A stretch of DNA of 64,000 nt from Oligoflexales bacterium (GCA_041736175.1 JBGSUI010000249.1:1-64000), one strand, 5' to 3'. Counted from the stretch's first letter, positions 29,327 through 39,967 are shown. Numbers and translations are program-made. The notes: generated by a model from the sequence alone, not told the origin.

Positions 29327-29404
29327 ACCCAACCTCAAACGGTACAATATGATATACAAATCTACACGAGGTCATGATGTTTTTACTGTATCGGAGGCAT
29401 AAAA

Positions 29405-30256
29405 TTGGAAATGATCCATCGCCAATACTTTGTTCAATTCATCACTGGAGTGAGTCTAGCTTTTGCTGCTCTTGCCTGTCAAACAACGTCTCAAAAGAAT
29501 GAGACCCCCACCAGTCTCGAGAAAAAACTCTTGGACTCCCAATTGACACTTGTCCAAAACTCCTTAGACCAAGGACAGCCAGAAAAAGCCCATGGAATCC
29601 TCAGAGAGGCCCTGGTTAAACATCCACAGGATCCTAGGCTCCACAATTTTATGGGGTTGGCTCAGCTAGCTTTGCAAAACCCGAGGCGAGCAACGGAGCA
29701 TTTTGACAAATCCTTTAGGCTCAATCCGCAAGTTGGAACTGGCCTCAATTATAGTTCGGCTTTGATTGCTCTTGGTGACTATAGGAATGCGATGATCCGT
29801 CTTAAGGATCTACTCAAGCAAGCTCAGTCTGAGTCCTATCAGTATAAGGAACGAATCTATCACAATATAGGTTACGCACTCGTGAAGGCACAAAAAAACA
29901 AAAATGCTGTGATCTGGTTTCAGAAAGCGATTGAGGAAAACCCAACTTATTTTCCTGCTCACCTCGAACTAGGACGAATTTATGGCAGTATGAACCAGAC
30001 GACACAAGCTGTCCAATCCCTCCTTCGAGCCCACGATTATTGTCTCGTATGCTGGGAGCCTATTGAGCAGCTCGTAAAGGTCTATACCTCCCAAGGCCAA
30101 TCAGCAGAAGCCCACAAGCTCCTGGTCAGCTACCTTAAGCAGGATGAAGTTCCCGAAAACCAGCGCGAGCTCGCCCGCCAATCTCTGCGACAAGCCATCG
30201 GGACGAAGGCTTCCCATTTTGTGGCACCCGGGGTCTTAGGAAGGGCGGTCCCCTAA
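29405..30256 (+). CDS. TPR lipoprotein (PilF/PilW/Tgl-like)
   Basis: Lipobox ALAC; multiple TPR repeats (HNFMGLA, YHNIGYA, AHLELG). Confidence 0.75.
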   Translation: MEMIHRQYFVQFITGVSLAFAALACQTTSQKNETPTSLEKKLLDSQLTLVQNSLDQGQPEKAHGILREALVKHPQDPRLHNFMGLAQLALQNPRRATEHFDKSFRLNPQVGTGLNYSSALIALGDYRNAMIRLKDLLKQAQSESYQYKERIYHNIGYALVKAQKNKNAVIWFQKAIEENPTYFPAHLELGRIYGSMNQTTQAVQSLLRAHDYCLVCWEPIEQLVKVYTSQGQSAEAHKLLVSYLKQDEVPENQRELARQSLRQAIGTKASHFVAPGVLGRAVP

Positions 30257-30386
30257 AACATCCGTGCTGGCCTTAGCAATTTAAAACCACCTCTTTTGGT
30301 TTTTTAAGTCGAAAAAAGCCAAAACAATCCGTAATATTTTCCTAGTGCTCCCTCGATGGGAATTTTTAACTTGGAGTCTATTGGAC

Positions 30387-31703
30387 ATGCTCATAAAATA
30401 TCTTGTCTTAATCCCCTGGCTGCTTGCTGAGCCACTTATGGCAAAACCTGCGAAAACACCCTCTCCAGCCATCGATCCCCACTACCAGCCTTTGGAAACC
30501 TTGGCGAGAGGTCTCTTTTATTTAGAGACCATGTATGTCGACGAGACAAAGGTCAAAGCAGACGAGATGGCGACCATGGCCTTAAGGGGCATCATCGACA
30601 AATTGGATCCCCATACTGTATTGATGCCTAAAAAAGCCTTTGAACAATTGACCAGCGATACCCAGGGAAAATTTGGTGGAGTTGGTATTATCGTCTCTCA
30701 GGAAAAAGGCAAATTGATCGTGGTCTCTCCAATAGAGGATACCCCTGCTTTCACCGCTGGACTCAAGTCCGGCGATGAGATTATCGCCATCGATGGAACA
30801 CCCCTTTCTAAACTCAAACAGACTGAAGCGGTCGATTTGATGCGGGGTGAGCCAGGCTCCGTCCTTAAGATCACGATTAAAAGAGAAGGTTCTGATGAGC
30901 CCCTTGATTTTTCACTGACCCGAGAGATTATTAAAGTCAAATCTGTTCGTTCTTCGACCCTCGGCAAAGGCATAGCCTATGCTCGAGTTGCTAGTTTCCA
31001 AGAAAATACAGCTGAAGAACTCCTTCAGGAGATCAAGAAAGTCCCAAATCTAAGGGGGCTGATTTTGGACTTAAGGGACAACCCCGGTGGTCTTCTCGAT
31101 CAAGCGGTGCGGGTTTGTGATATGTTTATTGAAAGCGGTCTCATCGTCTCGACAGTTGGTCGAGACAAATCCAGGATAGAACGAGAATTTGCGACCAAGC
31201 GTGGAACCCTCCCGAATTTTCCTTTGGTGATTCTTGTCAATGGGGGCTCTGCGAGTGCCTCTGAGATTGTTGCCGGAGCGCTTCAAGACCACGACCGGGC
31301 CCTTGTTATGGGCACCACAACTTTTGGAAAAGGCTCCGTTCAAACTCTGATCTCACTGCCAGATGGCTCAGGTTTAAAACTCACGGTCGCACGATATTAC
31401 ACCCCTAAGGATCGCTCGATCCAAGCTAAAGGGATTGCCCCCGATATCGTTGTCCCCTTTAAAACCAGAGCTCAAACACCCGAGAAAAAGTCAAACGACC
31501 CTAACCAACGCAAAGAAAAAGACCTCGCCGGCCATATTACAGGTGATGATCTTAGCGATTTGGCAAAGGAAACAGACATCTCGCAAACCGTTAGGACCTG
31601 GCCAGAGGGACTACGAGCCGACAACCAATTGATTACTGCATTCACTTATCTGAGGAGTTGGTCTAAGTTCCAACCACAATCAGGTGTGCAAAAACGCCTG
31701 TAA
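30387..31703 (+). CDS. ctpA: S41 C-terminal processing peptidase with PDZ domain
   Basis: LDPHT, GKFGGVG, DLRDNPGG, SASASEIVAGALQD, GKGSVQ. Confidence 0.93.
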   Translation: MLIKYLVLIPWLLAEPLMAKPAKTPSPAIDPHYQPLETLARGLFYLETMYVDETKVKADEMATMALRGIIDKLDPHTVLMPKKAFEQLTSDTQGKFGGVGIIVSQEKGKLIVVSPIEDTPAFTAGLKSGDEIIAIDGTPLSKLKQTEAVDLMRGEPGSVLKITIKREGSDEPLDFSLTREIIKVKSVRSSTLGKGIAYARVASFQENTAEELLQEIKKVPNLRGLILDLRDNPGGLLDQAVRVCDMFIESGLIVSTVGRDKSRIEREFATKRGTLPNFPLVILVNGGSASASEIVAGALQDHDRALVMGTTTFGKGSVQTLISLPDGSGLKLTVARYYTPKDRSIQAKGIAPDIVVPFKTRAQTPEKKSNDPNQRKEKDLAGHITGDDLSDLAKETDISQTVRTWPEGLRADNQLITAFTYLRSWSKFQPQSGVQKRL

Positions 31704-31812
31704 GACTTTGGATGGAAAAAAGAGTTTAGATGTTTTTCTGATACCCAGGCCGCAAGGCAGTTTATAATGGTGTCTATGGACGAGCAGCAACGATCAAATT
31801 GGAGAAGATGCT

Positions 31813-33555
31813 ATGACTACCAAAGATACAAGTGAAATCAGCTTTATGCGTTCATTATGCCTCGGTGATATCGAAGAAGAACTCCTGTTTCCTTTTCCTA
31901 AAATCAATGACCAAGAAAAAGAAACCATCAACCAGCTAAGAGGTGCGGTCGAAGGTTGGCTCGGCGGACGTTATGAGGAGTTTCGTAAGTGGGACGAAAA
32001 GGGGGAGATGCCCCCTGAATTTCTCCAAGAAATGCGAGAGATGGGACTCTTTAGCTTGATTATTCCGGAGGAGTACGAGGGCTTGGGGCTATCCTCCACG
32101 GGATATTCTCGGACCCTCCAGGAGCTGGTCCAGTACGATCCCTCCATAGCCATTACGGCAGGAGCCCATAGCTCGATTGGGATGAAAGGGCTTATCCTTT
32201 ACGGCACACCGGAACAAAAGAAAAGATGGTGTCCCAAGCTTGCATCGGGCGAGATGATCGCGGCTTTTTGCCTAACCGAGCCAGAAGCAGGATCTGATGC
32301 CGCAGCTCTTAAGACCAAAGTCGTCCAGGATGGACCAGACTGGATCCTTAATGGCGAAAAGATCTGGATCACCAACGGTGGGATTGCAGATTTTTTTACG
32401 GTCTTCGCAAGATCTGATAACAACGACAAGGGGCATATTACCGCTTTTATCGTCACTAGGGATTTAAAAGGTGTGACGAGTAGTCCCCACGAGGACAAAC
32501 TCGGTTTGCGGGCGAGTTCAACCACCTCTGTAAGATTTGACAATGTTCGGCTAACCCCCGATCGAGTGTTGGGAGAAGTTGGCAAAGGCTTTAAAATCGC
32601 CATGAATATTCTTAACAGTGGTCGTACCGGTCTCGGTGGCGGCTGTGTCGGGGGGATGAAAAGGGCTATCGCACTAAGTGCGCAACAGGCAAAAAACCGT
32701 AAACAGTTTGGTAAGCCAATTGCCGAGTTTGGGCTGATGAAGCAGAAAATCGGCCATATGGTGGTTGATTGCTATGCTGCCGAAGCCGTGGTCTCCATGG
32801 TGGCCGGACTGATCGATGGGGGCAATACCAACTACGCTGTCGAAGCGGCCATCAGCAAGGTTTTTGCTTCAGAGGCTCTTTGGCGCACGGTCGACGAGGC
32901 ATTGCAGATTGCCGCAGGAATGGGGTATATGAAAGAAGCTCCCTACGAAAAAATGCTTCGCGACGCGCGTATCAACCGTATTTTTGAGGGGACAAATGAG
33001 ATCTTAAGACTTTTTATAGCATTGTCAGCGATGAATGACGTCGGCCAACAATACAAAGAGATTCAAAAGGTACTAGGTAATGTTATGGAAGACCCCATCA
33101 AAGGATTTGGGGTCCTCTCTGACTACGCAAAACGAAGGGTCACCCAGGTCACTGGAATCGGAAAATCGGTCGTCACCTTGGCCCACCCCGTTCTTAAGCC
33201 ATACACCCAGGTTTTTGAAGAATGCACGCGAAATCTTGCGACGGCCACGGATCGAATTTTGCGCAAACACGGAAAAAATATAATCAATAAGCAGTTTGCC
33301 ACCCGTCGCCTGGCAGATGTCATGATCGACCTTTTTACCCTTGGATGTGTTATCAGTAGGGTCAGTTCTTCCTTTGAAGATAAGGGAGCAGAAAAGTCTA
33401 TTCGAGAGTTAGAGATCCTGGCTGTATTTAGTAGCCAAGCGCTGACACGGGCTCGAAACCATTTTGAAAGGATCGATGACAACGACGATGAGTTGATCAA
33501 ATCCCTCGCTGACTATACCTTTGAGAACGAAAAATTTATGTGGGATAACCTCTAA
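31813..33555 (+). CDS. Acyl-CoA dehydrogenase (VLCAD/ACAD9-like long form)
   Basis: FCLTEPEAGSDA, LNGEKIWITNGG, RIFEGTNEILR, C-terminal extension. Confidence 0.93.
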   Translation: MTTKDTSEISFMRSLCLGDIEEELLFPFPKINDQEKETINQLRGAVEGWLGGRYEEFRKWDEKGEMPPEFLQEMREMGLFSLIIPEEYEGLGLSSTGYSRTLQELVQYDPSIAITAGAHSSIGMKGLILYGTPEQKKRWCPKLASGEMIAAFCLTEPEAGSDAAALKTKVVQDGPDWILNGEKIWITNGGIADFFTVFARSDNNDKGHITAFIVTRDLKGVTSSPHEDKLGLRASSTTSVRFDNVRLTPDRVLGEVGKGFKIAMNILNSGRTGLGGGCVGGMKRAIALSAQQAKNRKQFGKPIAEFGLMKQKIGHMVVDCYAAEAVVSMVAGLIDGGNTNYAVEAAISKVFASEALWRTVDEALQIAAGMGYMKEAPYEKMLRDARINRIFEGTNEILRLFIALSAMNDVGQQYKEIQKVLGNVMEDPIKGFGVLSDYAKRRVTQVTGIGKSVVTLAHPVLKPYTQVFEECTRNLATATDRILRKHGKNIINKQFATRRLADVMIDLFTLGCVISRVSSSFEDKGAEKSIRELEILAVFSSQALTRARNHFERIDDNDDELIKSLADYTFENEKFMWDNL

Positions 33556-34189
33556 GAAGCGATTTTATGGAGTGAGTGATTTCGGTGGCAGCTTGGGTGA
33601 GGTCGAGAGGTTGCCCTCTTTTAAGCTGCTTTACACTGACCACTCCTTTTCCTTGTAGTCCACAGGGAACAATCCATTGAAAGGTCTCAAGGGTATTGTT
33701 TAGGTTGATGGCAAGCCCATGGTAGGTCGCTCTTTTTTTAAATCGAATCCCGAGGGCACAAACCTTTTGGTGACCAACCCAGACGCCGGGGTTTTTAGAG
33801 TCTGTATCGGCTTGGATCTTTTGAGCGGCTAGCCATTCGATCACTGCTTTCTGGATAATCTCGACAAACAGTCGTGGACCGACTGGATGGTGTGCAAGGT
33901 TTAAAATCGGGTAGAGGACGAGTTGGCCAGGCTCGTGGGCTGTGACATCTCCCCCTCGGTCTGTCGGGACGACCTGGATGCCGATTTTGGACAAATAATC
34001 CTGGCTAGCTAGGACTGAGTTCTTGTCTCCGTGGTTGCCGAGGGTGATCACCGGTGGGTGCTCAACGGATAAAAAATAGCCGGGTAGGTCTTCTTCGACC
34101 ACCTTTTGGTGGAGGCTTTTTTGGAGGAGGAGGCACTCCTCATAGTCCATCGTGCCTAAGTGCATCAGGGGACAGTCTGCTTGAGTCAC
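33536..34189 (-). CDS. lipB: Lipoyl(octanoyl) transferase
   Basis: VEHPPVITLG, DRGGDVTAHEPGQLVLYP, HGLAIN, IVPCG; probable GTG start at 34189. Confidence 0.95.
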   Translation of the reverse strand: MTQADCPLMHLGTMDYEECLLLQKSLHQKVVEEDLPGYFLSVEHPPVITLGNHGDKNSVLASQDYLSKIGIQVVPTDRGGDVTAHEPGQLVLYPILNLAHHPVGPRLFVEIIQKAVIEWLAAQKIQADTDSKNPGVWVGHQKVCALGIRFKKRATYHGLAINLNNTLETFQWIVPCGLQGKGVVSVKQLKRGQPLDLTQAATEITHSIKSLLRGYPT

Positions 34190-34190
34190 G

Positions 34191-34874
34191 TCACTCTCTT
34201 TCGTTGGTTTGCAGGCTTTTGTCTTGGGAAAAAGCCAGAGGAATTTGCGAATAATGTTCTGTTTGACAGCAAAACTCCAAGGCTTCGATGATCGCAAGGG
34301 CAGCTAAGGGGGTTGGTCCCCAGGCGTAGACCCCGTGGCCTTCGAGGACAATCGCCGGGAGTGCCCCTAAGCTTTTACCGATCCAACCAGCTGCTCCATG
34401 CATCTCTTGGACGGTGAGGTTTTTGATCACGGGACACTCGCTTTTTTGATTAAAGTCCTCTACTCCGAGAGCTTTGATCATTTCCATGTCTTTAAACAAT
34501 AAATTGCCATTCTTTTGTAGGCTTCGTGCCACCAAAAAAGGAGGATGGCAGTGGACCACCGCTTTGGCATCAGGTCGGCTGAGATAAATTCCTCTGTGTA
34601 TGGGCATCTCGAGCGAAGGGGAAAGGGACTTAAGGGGGTCCAGAACGCTACCATCCTCTAGGAGGATTGGAACAAAGAGTTCCCGAATGAGGTCGCCTTT
34701 ATTTTGGCCGCTGGGACTTTGCCATACAATCTGGGGCCTCAATCTTAGGGAGAAATTACCCGCAGTCCCAAAACACCATCCTCGCTGGTAGCAGAGCTTT
34801 GCGCAGCGGATAAGCTCATCCAATAAAACCTGTTCAAGGGGTTCTTGGACTTGAGTGTTTACTTTTTGATTCAT
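34191..34874 (-). CDS. mtnB: Class II aldolase, methylthioribulose-1-phosphate dehydratase-like
   Basis: GWCFGTAGNFS, PSLE..HRGIY, HCH, GHGVYAWG, EALEF. Confidence 0.8.
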   Translation of the reverse strand: MNQKVNTQVQEPLEQVLLDELIRCAKLCYQRGWCFGTAGNFSLRLRPQIVWQSPSGQNKGDLIRELFVPILLEDGSVLDPLKSLSPSLEMPIHRGIYLSRPDAKAVVHCHPPFLVARSLQKNGNLLFKDMEMIKALGVEDFNQKSECPVIKNLTVQEMHGAAGWIGKSLGALPAIVLEGHGVYAWGPTPLAALAIIEALEFCCQTEHYSQIPLAFSQDKSLQTNERE

Positions 34875-34892
34875 TTTGGTCCTCAAATAGGT

Positions 34893-35552
34893 TTAGGGTT
34901 CAAACAGACTGGGATCCCCGGCACCCTTACGAACCAGTACGGGAACTGCAACTGTCAAATCCACGATGGTAGATTCGAGGCCAGGGAGTTCCTGTCCTAG
35001 ATCGATCACCATATCTAAGGCATGGCCAAATTCTTCGGCAATCTCATAGCCAAACTTATAAAACTGGACCACCTGATCCTCTTCTGAATCCTCCTCATCT
35101 TTCCCTTTTATAGGTGGAAAGGAGGTAGAGGCCAGTGGTCGTCCCAAAGAATCGATCACGGCATGGATCAAGGGACTGTTTGGAATCCTCACTCCAATCA
35201 CCTTGCGTTTATCTTTGAGCTGCCTAGCCAGGGTTCGCACGGAGGTCAAGAGGACGGTATAGGGACCTGGCCAGAGCTTTTTAAGGATTCGATAGGAACT
35301 ATTGTCGATATAGACATAATCAGCGGCCATGGAGATCGAACTAAAGATTAAACTAAAGGGATGGTTTTTGCCATGAGTCGGCTTGATCATCCGTAGTCTT
35401 TCGAGGCCATGCACACTGGTAGCATCACATCCAACTGCCCAGTTGAGGTCTGTAGGGTAAGCGATGACCCCATCTTGGTTTAAAATCTTTACGATCTTTT
35501 GGATATCCCTGATGGAGGTAGGATTATCATAAGTATAAAGATGCTCAGCCAT
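34893..35552 (-). CDS. Sua5/YciO/YrdC family protein (threonylcarbamoyl-AMP synthase-like)
   Basis: GVIAYPTD, PGPYT, IGVRIP, STS, STIVDL. Confidence 0.9.
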   Translation of the reverse strand: MAEHLYTYDNPTSIRDIQKIVKILNQDGVIAYPTDLNWAVGCDATSVHGLERLRMIKPTHGKNHPFSLIFSSISMAADYVYIDNSSYRILKKLWPGPYTVLLTSVRTLARQLKDKRKVIGVRIPNSPLIHAVIDSLGRPLASTSFPPIKGKDEEDSEEDQVVQFYKFGYEIAEEFGHALDMVIDLGQELPGLESTIVDLTVAVPVLVRKGAGDPSLFEP

Positions 35553-35610
35553 AAAGCCTTGCCTTAATCTGGGGGGTATTGATGCAAAAACATCAAAATA
35601 AACAAGAAAT

Positions 35611-36774
35611 CTATACCTTAGGATTGCCCAGATCGTTATCGAGATTTGCAGACTCTTCGATACCAATTTTTTGGTAAAAGAGTTCGTCTATGGTCTTTTT
35701 GATTAGAATCCACAGAAGTTCCCGATCATTGCAGCGGGCAAAAACCCCTAACGGTATTTGAAATCCACCTTTGTCTTTTCGGCCACCGCCGTAATATTTT
35801 CCCGAGTCATCAGCGCCAAAAACATCCTTTAGCCATTTATCTGGATCCAGGGTATGGGATTTTGTTCTGAGGGAGCCATCGATAAACTGGTTGCCGACCA
35901 CACCATATACAACGACGGTATCGATCCCCTCTCGATGGAGTAGGTAGTCCGCACATTGGCCAATTCCGTCACGGTCTTCGTCCCTTACAAATCCCACTCC
36001 AGAGAACATAAATGTTCCCCGGATATCTTTTCGTTGGAGGGCGATCTGGGTCAGATCCATGGTTTTTGCCGGAATCGATTGGTGGGATATAAGGGACAAG
36101 AGATCCTTGTCGACAAATTGGGCAAAAAACTCGCTGGCGCGAAAATCAATGGGAGTTGCATTTACAAAGTTATCGGTATCGCTGCGGATGCCATGCATAA
36201 GAGCAGTTGCAATACGGGTTTCTTCGGCAGTCGAACCATTAAAGGTCACCGGACCATCGATCAAGTATTCTCCATAAATCCCTGAGGTCGACCCTGCATG
36301 CTCTCGTATATCTATAAAATTACCTTCTACTGTTCCTAGTGGTTTGTGGTGATCGACAAAGACTAAGAGTTTACAAGTCGGTGGCAGCTTTATGGGCAGA
36401 TCAGGTGATTGGGCATCATTAACGGCATAGAAGTCATAACCAGAGACATCGAGATTTTGTTTATACTCAACGAGATCAAGATCGAGTTTTTTAACGAGTG
36501 CTTTGTTTTCGTGGTGTGAGATCGCTTCGAAATGCACGATGGTGGTTTCAATTTGGTAATGTCTCGCGAGCCACTGCAAGCAGAGGGACGTCCCAATATT
36601 GTCGGGGTCTGGGTACCCCTTGATACAGATCAAAAGTCGCTTTCCCTGGGCTGCTTTTAAAGCCTCGTGGAGTGCCAATGTCTGTGGGCTTGCTGGGATT
36701 TCTTCTAGATCTTCTTGTCCATGAGTTTCCCCAGTGGATGTATCGGAGCGCAACTTTGCTGTTCCTCGTACCAT
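35611..36774 (-). CDS. DHH/DHHA1 family phosphoesterase
   Basis: PDPD, VDHH, GIRSDT, GSLRT, GGGR; ORF is open to 36912. Confidence 0.88.
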   Translation of the reverse strand: MVRGTAKLRSDTSTGETHGQEDLEEIPASPQTLALHEALKAAQGKRLLICIKGYPDPDNIGTSLCLQWLARHYQIETTIVHFEAISHHENKALVKKLDLDLVEYKQNLDVSGYDFYAVNDAQSPDLPIKLPPTCKLLVFVDHHKPLGTVEGNFIDIREHAGSTSGIYGEYLIDGPVTFNGSTAEETRIATALMHGIRSDTDNFVNATPIDFRASEFFAQFVDKDLLSLISHQSIPAKTMDLTQIALQRKDIRGTFMFSGVGFVRDEDRDGIGQCADYLLHREGIDTVVVYGVVGNQFIDGSLRTKSHTLDPDKWLKDVFGADDSGKYYGGGRKDKGGFQIPLGVFARCNDRELLWILIKKTIDELFYQKIGIEESANLDNDLGNPKV

Positions 36775-36908
36775 AGACCGTATTCCATTATTGTGAATTT
36801 GACTTTTAGAAGACGTTTTTATGGATGCCACAGTCTTAACCTTTGCCCGTATTTGTCCTGAGAATCGGTTCCTAACACCTATCTCATGTTTTCCTGAACT
36901 CACTAGGG

Positions 36909-36935
36909 TCATCGGTTAATCTCCCTCCAAGTTTA
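36909..36935 (-). promoter_or_regulatory. Sigma28-like promoter
   Basis: TAAA-N15-ACCGATGA on the minus strand; a second TAGA-N15-GCCGACGA at 36958-36984. Confidence 0.55.
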
Positions 36936-37064
36936 ACGATAGCATAGCTTCCACACCTCGTCGGCAGAAATTAGCTGTTTTCTACCATTTCATTGTTTAA
37001 ACCATTGCTTCCCCATGGTTTTACAAGTTTGCTAAAGACGCCTATAAGTCTTTTCAAACATCTC

Positions 37065-37373
37065 CTAACAACTAGGTATTTTGAGGTTTTTTCTCACAAT
37101 CTGAAGCCAATCAACGATGGTCCAAAGGCCCCCCAAAAGGCTTAAACAAAGTCCCATCCAAAAAAAGCCTTGGATCCACTTCCCACCTTCTTGCCAAGGG
37201 GCATCGAGGAGTTTTAAGAGTGCTAAGAAATGGCCCCCCAGGATGACTAAAATAAAGCCGATGGCTATCAACTTGCGGCTGCCATTGGAAGAACAAGGCG
37301 AGGTTCTTTCAAAAGCAACCACTTCGTTTCGATTTTCTTGATTTACAAAACCTGATGCCAAATCCATAACCAC
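37065..37373 (-). CDS. Small two-TM membrane protein
   Basis: Two hydrophobic segments; no family recognised. Confidence 0.6.
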   Translation of the reverse strand: MVMDLASGFVNQENRNEVVAFERTSPCSSNGSRKLIAIGFILVILGGHFLALLKLLDAPWQEGGKWIQGFFWMGLCLSLLGGLWTIVDWLQIVRKNLKIPSC

Positions 37374-37613
37374 CTAGTTTAATGAGGGATATTAGGCATA
37401 GTCGACTTTTCCTTTGTCGGTCTTGATTCCCTTCCAAGTCGAGGTCATAAAAGCATAAAGCGATTTAAATCACAAGGCGATCTCAAAGGACCAAGCGACG
37501 CGTCTGCGAACTTCCTGTATCATATGCCTACTATGGCCACGAAGTCGCCTGGAAAGCAAGAACCCTCTGGCGCAGCAAAGTGCGGCCAGATTTACACTAA
37601 AAAGGAACTCCAT

Positions 37614-38813
37614 ATGATTTTTGCATCCCATAAGACCAAGGCGTCGTTATTCGGTAGGTCCAGCATCTTCTATGCAACGATCCTTTTTGCCACTCTTCAA
37701 GCTTGCGGCTCATCGACAGATTCAACCAAAGAACCCTCTATCGAAGCGCCAACTTTGCCGGAGGCAACTTCAAAAGGATTGGTTTTTGCCGCGCTCAATC
37801 ACGATCTGTCCGCTGGTAATTCCGTGATCTATTTCTATGACTTCAAAGAAGGTGTGATCACCAAGTTAAGCCAAGGTGAATCAGCAAATCCTTATTTGAT
37901 TGGCGTGGGTCAAAAGGTTGTTCTATTTAACCGCCATAACAATCTAAAAAACTACAAAATTTTAGACCCTTTCACCCCTGATCCCGACGGCAAGGGCATA
38001 AACCTAAACTTAGCTGATGGTGACCCTTTTGATGCAGTCCCTATTGATTCCAATCAAGATCTGTTGCTCCTAGCGTCTCCCATAGGACAAAAGCTACAAA
38101 CCTTACGGCTTAGCAGTGGATCTTTAAACAATGTCAATGGGACCACAAATCTAGCGGTGTCTACCATAAGGCCCATCAGCCTCAGCCGCGTGGCGCAGAC
38201 GGTTTATATGACCCACAGTGGGCTTGCACTCAGTGCAGACGGCGTGGGAAAAGCAGATGGGACCCAACAAATTTTTACTAGCACCATCAGTGGCGAAAGT
38301 CTGATGTTTACGGACCTAGATCCTTCCACAGCAAAAATCGACGGAAGCCCCCTGACGGCAACCTTCCCCTTGTTTTCGAATGGAAAGGGAGTTCAAGACT
38401 TTAAGACCTTAGGATTGTGCAACTCACAAATGCAGGGCTGTCAAGCGGGCATGGACCAAGTTCAAAATGGAAAGGCACAAAAAATAGCGGTCTTTACCAA
38501 AACCGACCAAGCTCGCTATGTTGATCAATTTACTGCCGCCGGAGATCAGTCCTTTGGGTATGGTCTCGTTGCTAATGCCAAAGATGAAACCATTATTGGG
38601 AAAATCTCGTTGAGTGATGGCTCTATCGAAGAGACCCTAAAAACTTTTGACCAAAAAAGGCTTTTTGGCTTGGTCTACGAGCCTGGCAGCAAGACTCTTA
38701 TCATAGGTGATGTAGCTGGAGATCGGGATGCCATTCTCCTCTACAGAGACAACAAGCTCTTTAAGAAAATCGAGATAGATGGTGTCCTCTACCGGGGAGT
38801 TTTTGTAAACTAA
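37614..38813 (+). CDS. Lipoprotein, probable beta-propeller
   Basis: AAAGGA RBS before ATG 37614; lipobox LQAC; beta-strand-rich body. Confidence 0.7.
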   Translation: MIFASHKTKASLFGRSSIFYATILFATLQACGSSTDSTKEPSIEAPTLPEATSKGLVFAALNHDLSAGNSVIYFYDFKEGVITKLSQGESANPYLIGVGQKVVLFNRHNNLKNYKILDPFTPDPDGKGINLNLADGDPFDAVPIDSNQDLLLLASPIGQKLQTLRLSSGSLNNVNGTTNLAVSTIRPISLSRVAQTVYMTHSGLALSADGVGKADGTQQIFTSTISGESLMFTDLDPSTAKIDGSPLTATFPLFSNGKGVQDFKTLGLCNSQMQGCQAGMDQVQNGKAQKIAVFTKTDQARYVDQFTAAGDQSFGYGLVANAKDETIIGKISLSDGSIEETLKTFDQKRLFGLVYEPGSKTLIIGDVAGDRDAILLYRDNKLFKKIEIDGVLYRGVFVN

Positions 38814-38849
38814 AAAGTATTTTTAAACAATATATAAAGGAAGTATTCC

Positions 38850-39416
38850 GTGAGAACTATCATAAAATCCTCAATTTCATTGAGGTCAAGAGTCTGGTTT
38901 ATTTTGGCATCATCCTTGGCGTTTGCTACCGAAAACCAGAGCTTTGCCAAAATCCCTTTAGGCACAAAGCCCCCAAGGTTGGTCCTCAGTGGGGGGAATG
39001 GTGGCCAAATGGATGGTAAACCATGGGACAGTTGGACGTTACAAGACAAACTTTGGTTGATGTTTTACGTGGATCCTGACAAAAGGGACGAAAATCTAGA
39101 GTTTGAGAAAGCTATTAAAGAAGGTGATTTTGACCATTCAAAAGTAAAATCGGTAGGCATGATCAATTTTGCGGCCACCTGGCTACCGGACATGGTGCTT
39201 GCTAGCAGCTTAAAGGCCAAACAAAAAGATTACCCTGAGACCGTCTATGTGAAAGATCTTTCTAAAAAAGCGGTCTCCGTTTGGCAATTAGAAGACGACG
39301 CCTATAACTTCCTTATTTTTGATAAGAAGGGTCAACTTCTCTACTCTAAATCAGGGAAGATATCTCCTGCGGAAACCAAAGAAGTTGTCGACTTGATCAA
39401 AAAGAATCTTCCTTGA
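38850..39416 (+). CDS. YtfJ-family exported thioredoxin-fold protein
   Basis: FYVDPD, INFAATWLP, YP..VYVKD..WQL..FDKKGQLLY pattern. Confidence 0.75.
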   Translation: MRTIIKSSISLRSRVWFILASSLAFATENQSFAKIPLGTKPPRLVLSGGNGGQMDGKPWDSWTLQDKLWLMFYVDPDKRDENLEFEKAIKEGDFDHSKVKSVGMINFAATWLPDMVLASSLKAKQKDYPETVYVKDLSKKAVSVWQLEDDAYNFLIFDKKGQLLYSKSGKISPAETKEVVDLIKKNLP

Positions 39417-39439
39417 ACAGAGGTTCGCTCTTCATAAAT

Positions 39440-39718
39440 TTACGCTTGCTTTTTCCAGGCCATCTTTCCAATGGCACCAATTGCTACCTTAAACACTTGC
39501 ACGACCAGGTAGATAAGGCCTAAGAGAACGCTCCAAAGAGCTACGATGGGGTAAGTCCCCAGGCCTACAACCCTCTTAAACCCATCTGCCTTGGTGACAT
39601 CACTGCGTCTCCATTGATCAAAACCAGACTCTCTTTCAATGGCTCGTTCCTGGGCCCCTGACTTAAGGCGCTTATCTTTGAGTTGATCTTCCGTTACAAT
39701 GACTTGAGACACATTCAT
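39440..39718 (-). CDS. Small membrane protein
   Basis: AGGGG RBS; hydrophobic C-terminal half. Confidence 0.6.
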   Translation of the reverse strand: MNVSQVIVTEDQLKDKRLKSGAQERAIERESGFDQWRRSDVTKADGFKRVVGLGTYPIVALWSVLLGLIYLVVQVFKVAIGAIGKMAWKKQA

Positions 39719-39967
39719 CCCCTTTAAGTACGATGTGGATAAACCACAGATGTTACTGACTTAATCAGTATCAAGCCCAGCTTCACTTGGCAACGCCATT
39801 CCACCGGACAAGGGATTGTGGTGGATTAGGCCAGCAAGAGGACATTAAGATTTGATGAATGATATATTTTCAGGTAGATGGTTCTTATTCTGTATGTTAG
39901 GTTCTGCGGGCCCAAGTAAGTCGAGTCAGTTTTTTTGAAAAAAGCAATAGTTTCAAAAGGAAAGCCA

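Noticed and set aside
28190..30256. Divergent rodZ and pilF-like pair as a novel system
   Set aside because: Adjacency of these two families is already common; only the orientation differs.
37500..37570. Possible cobalamin riboswitch before the lipoprotein gene
   Set aside because: No GGGAA/GGTG-AA-TCC core and no proper B12 box.
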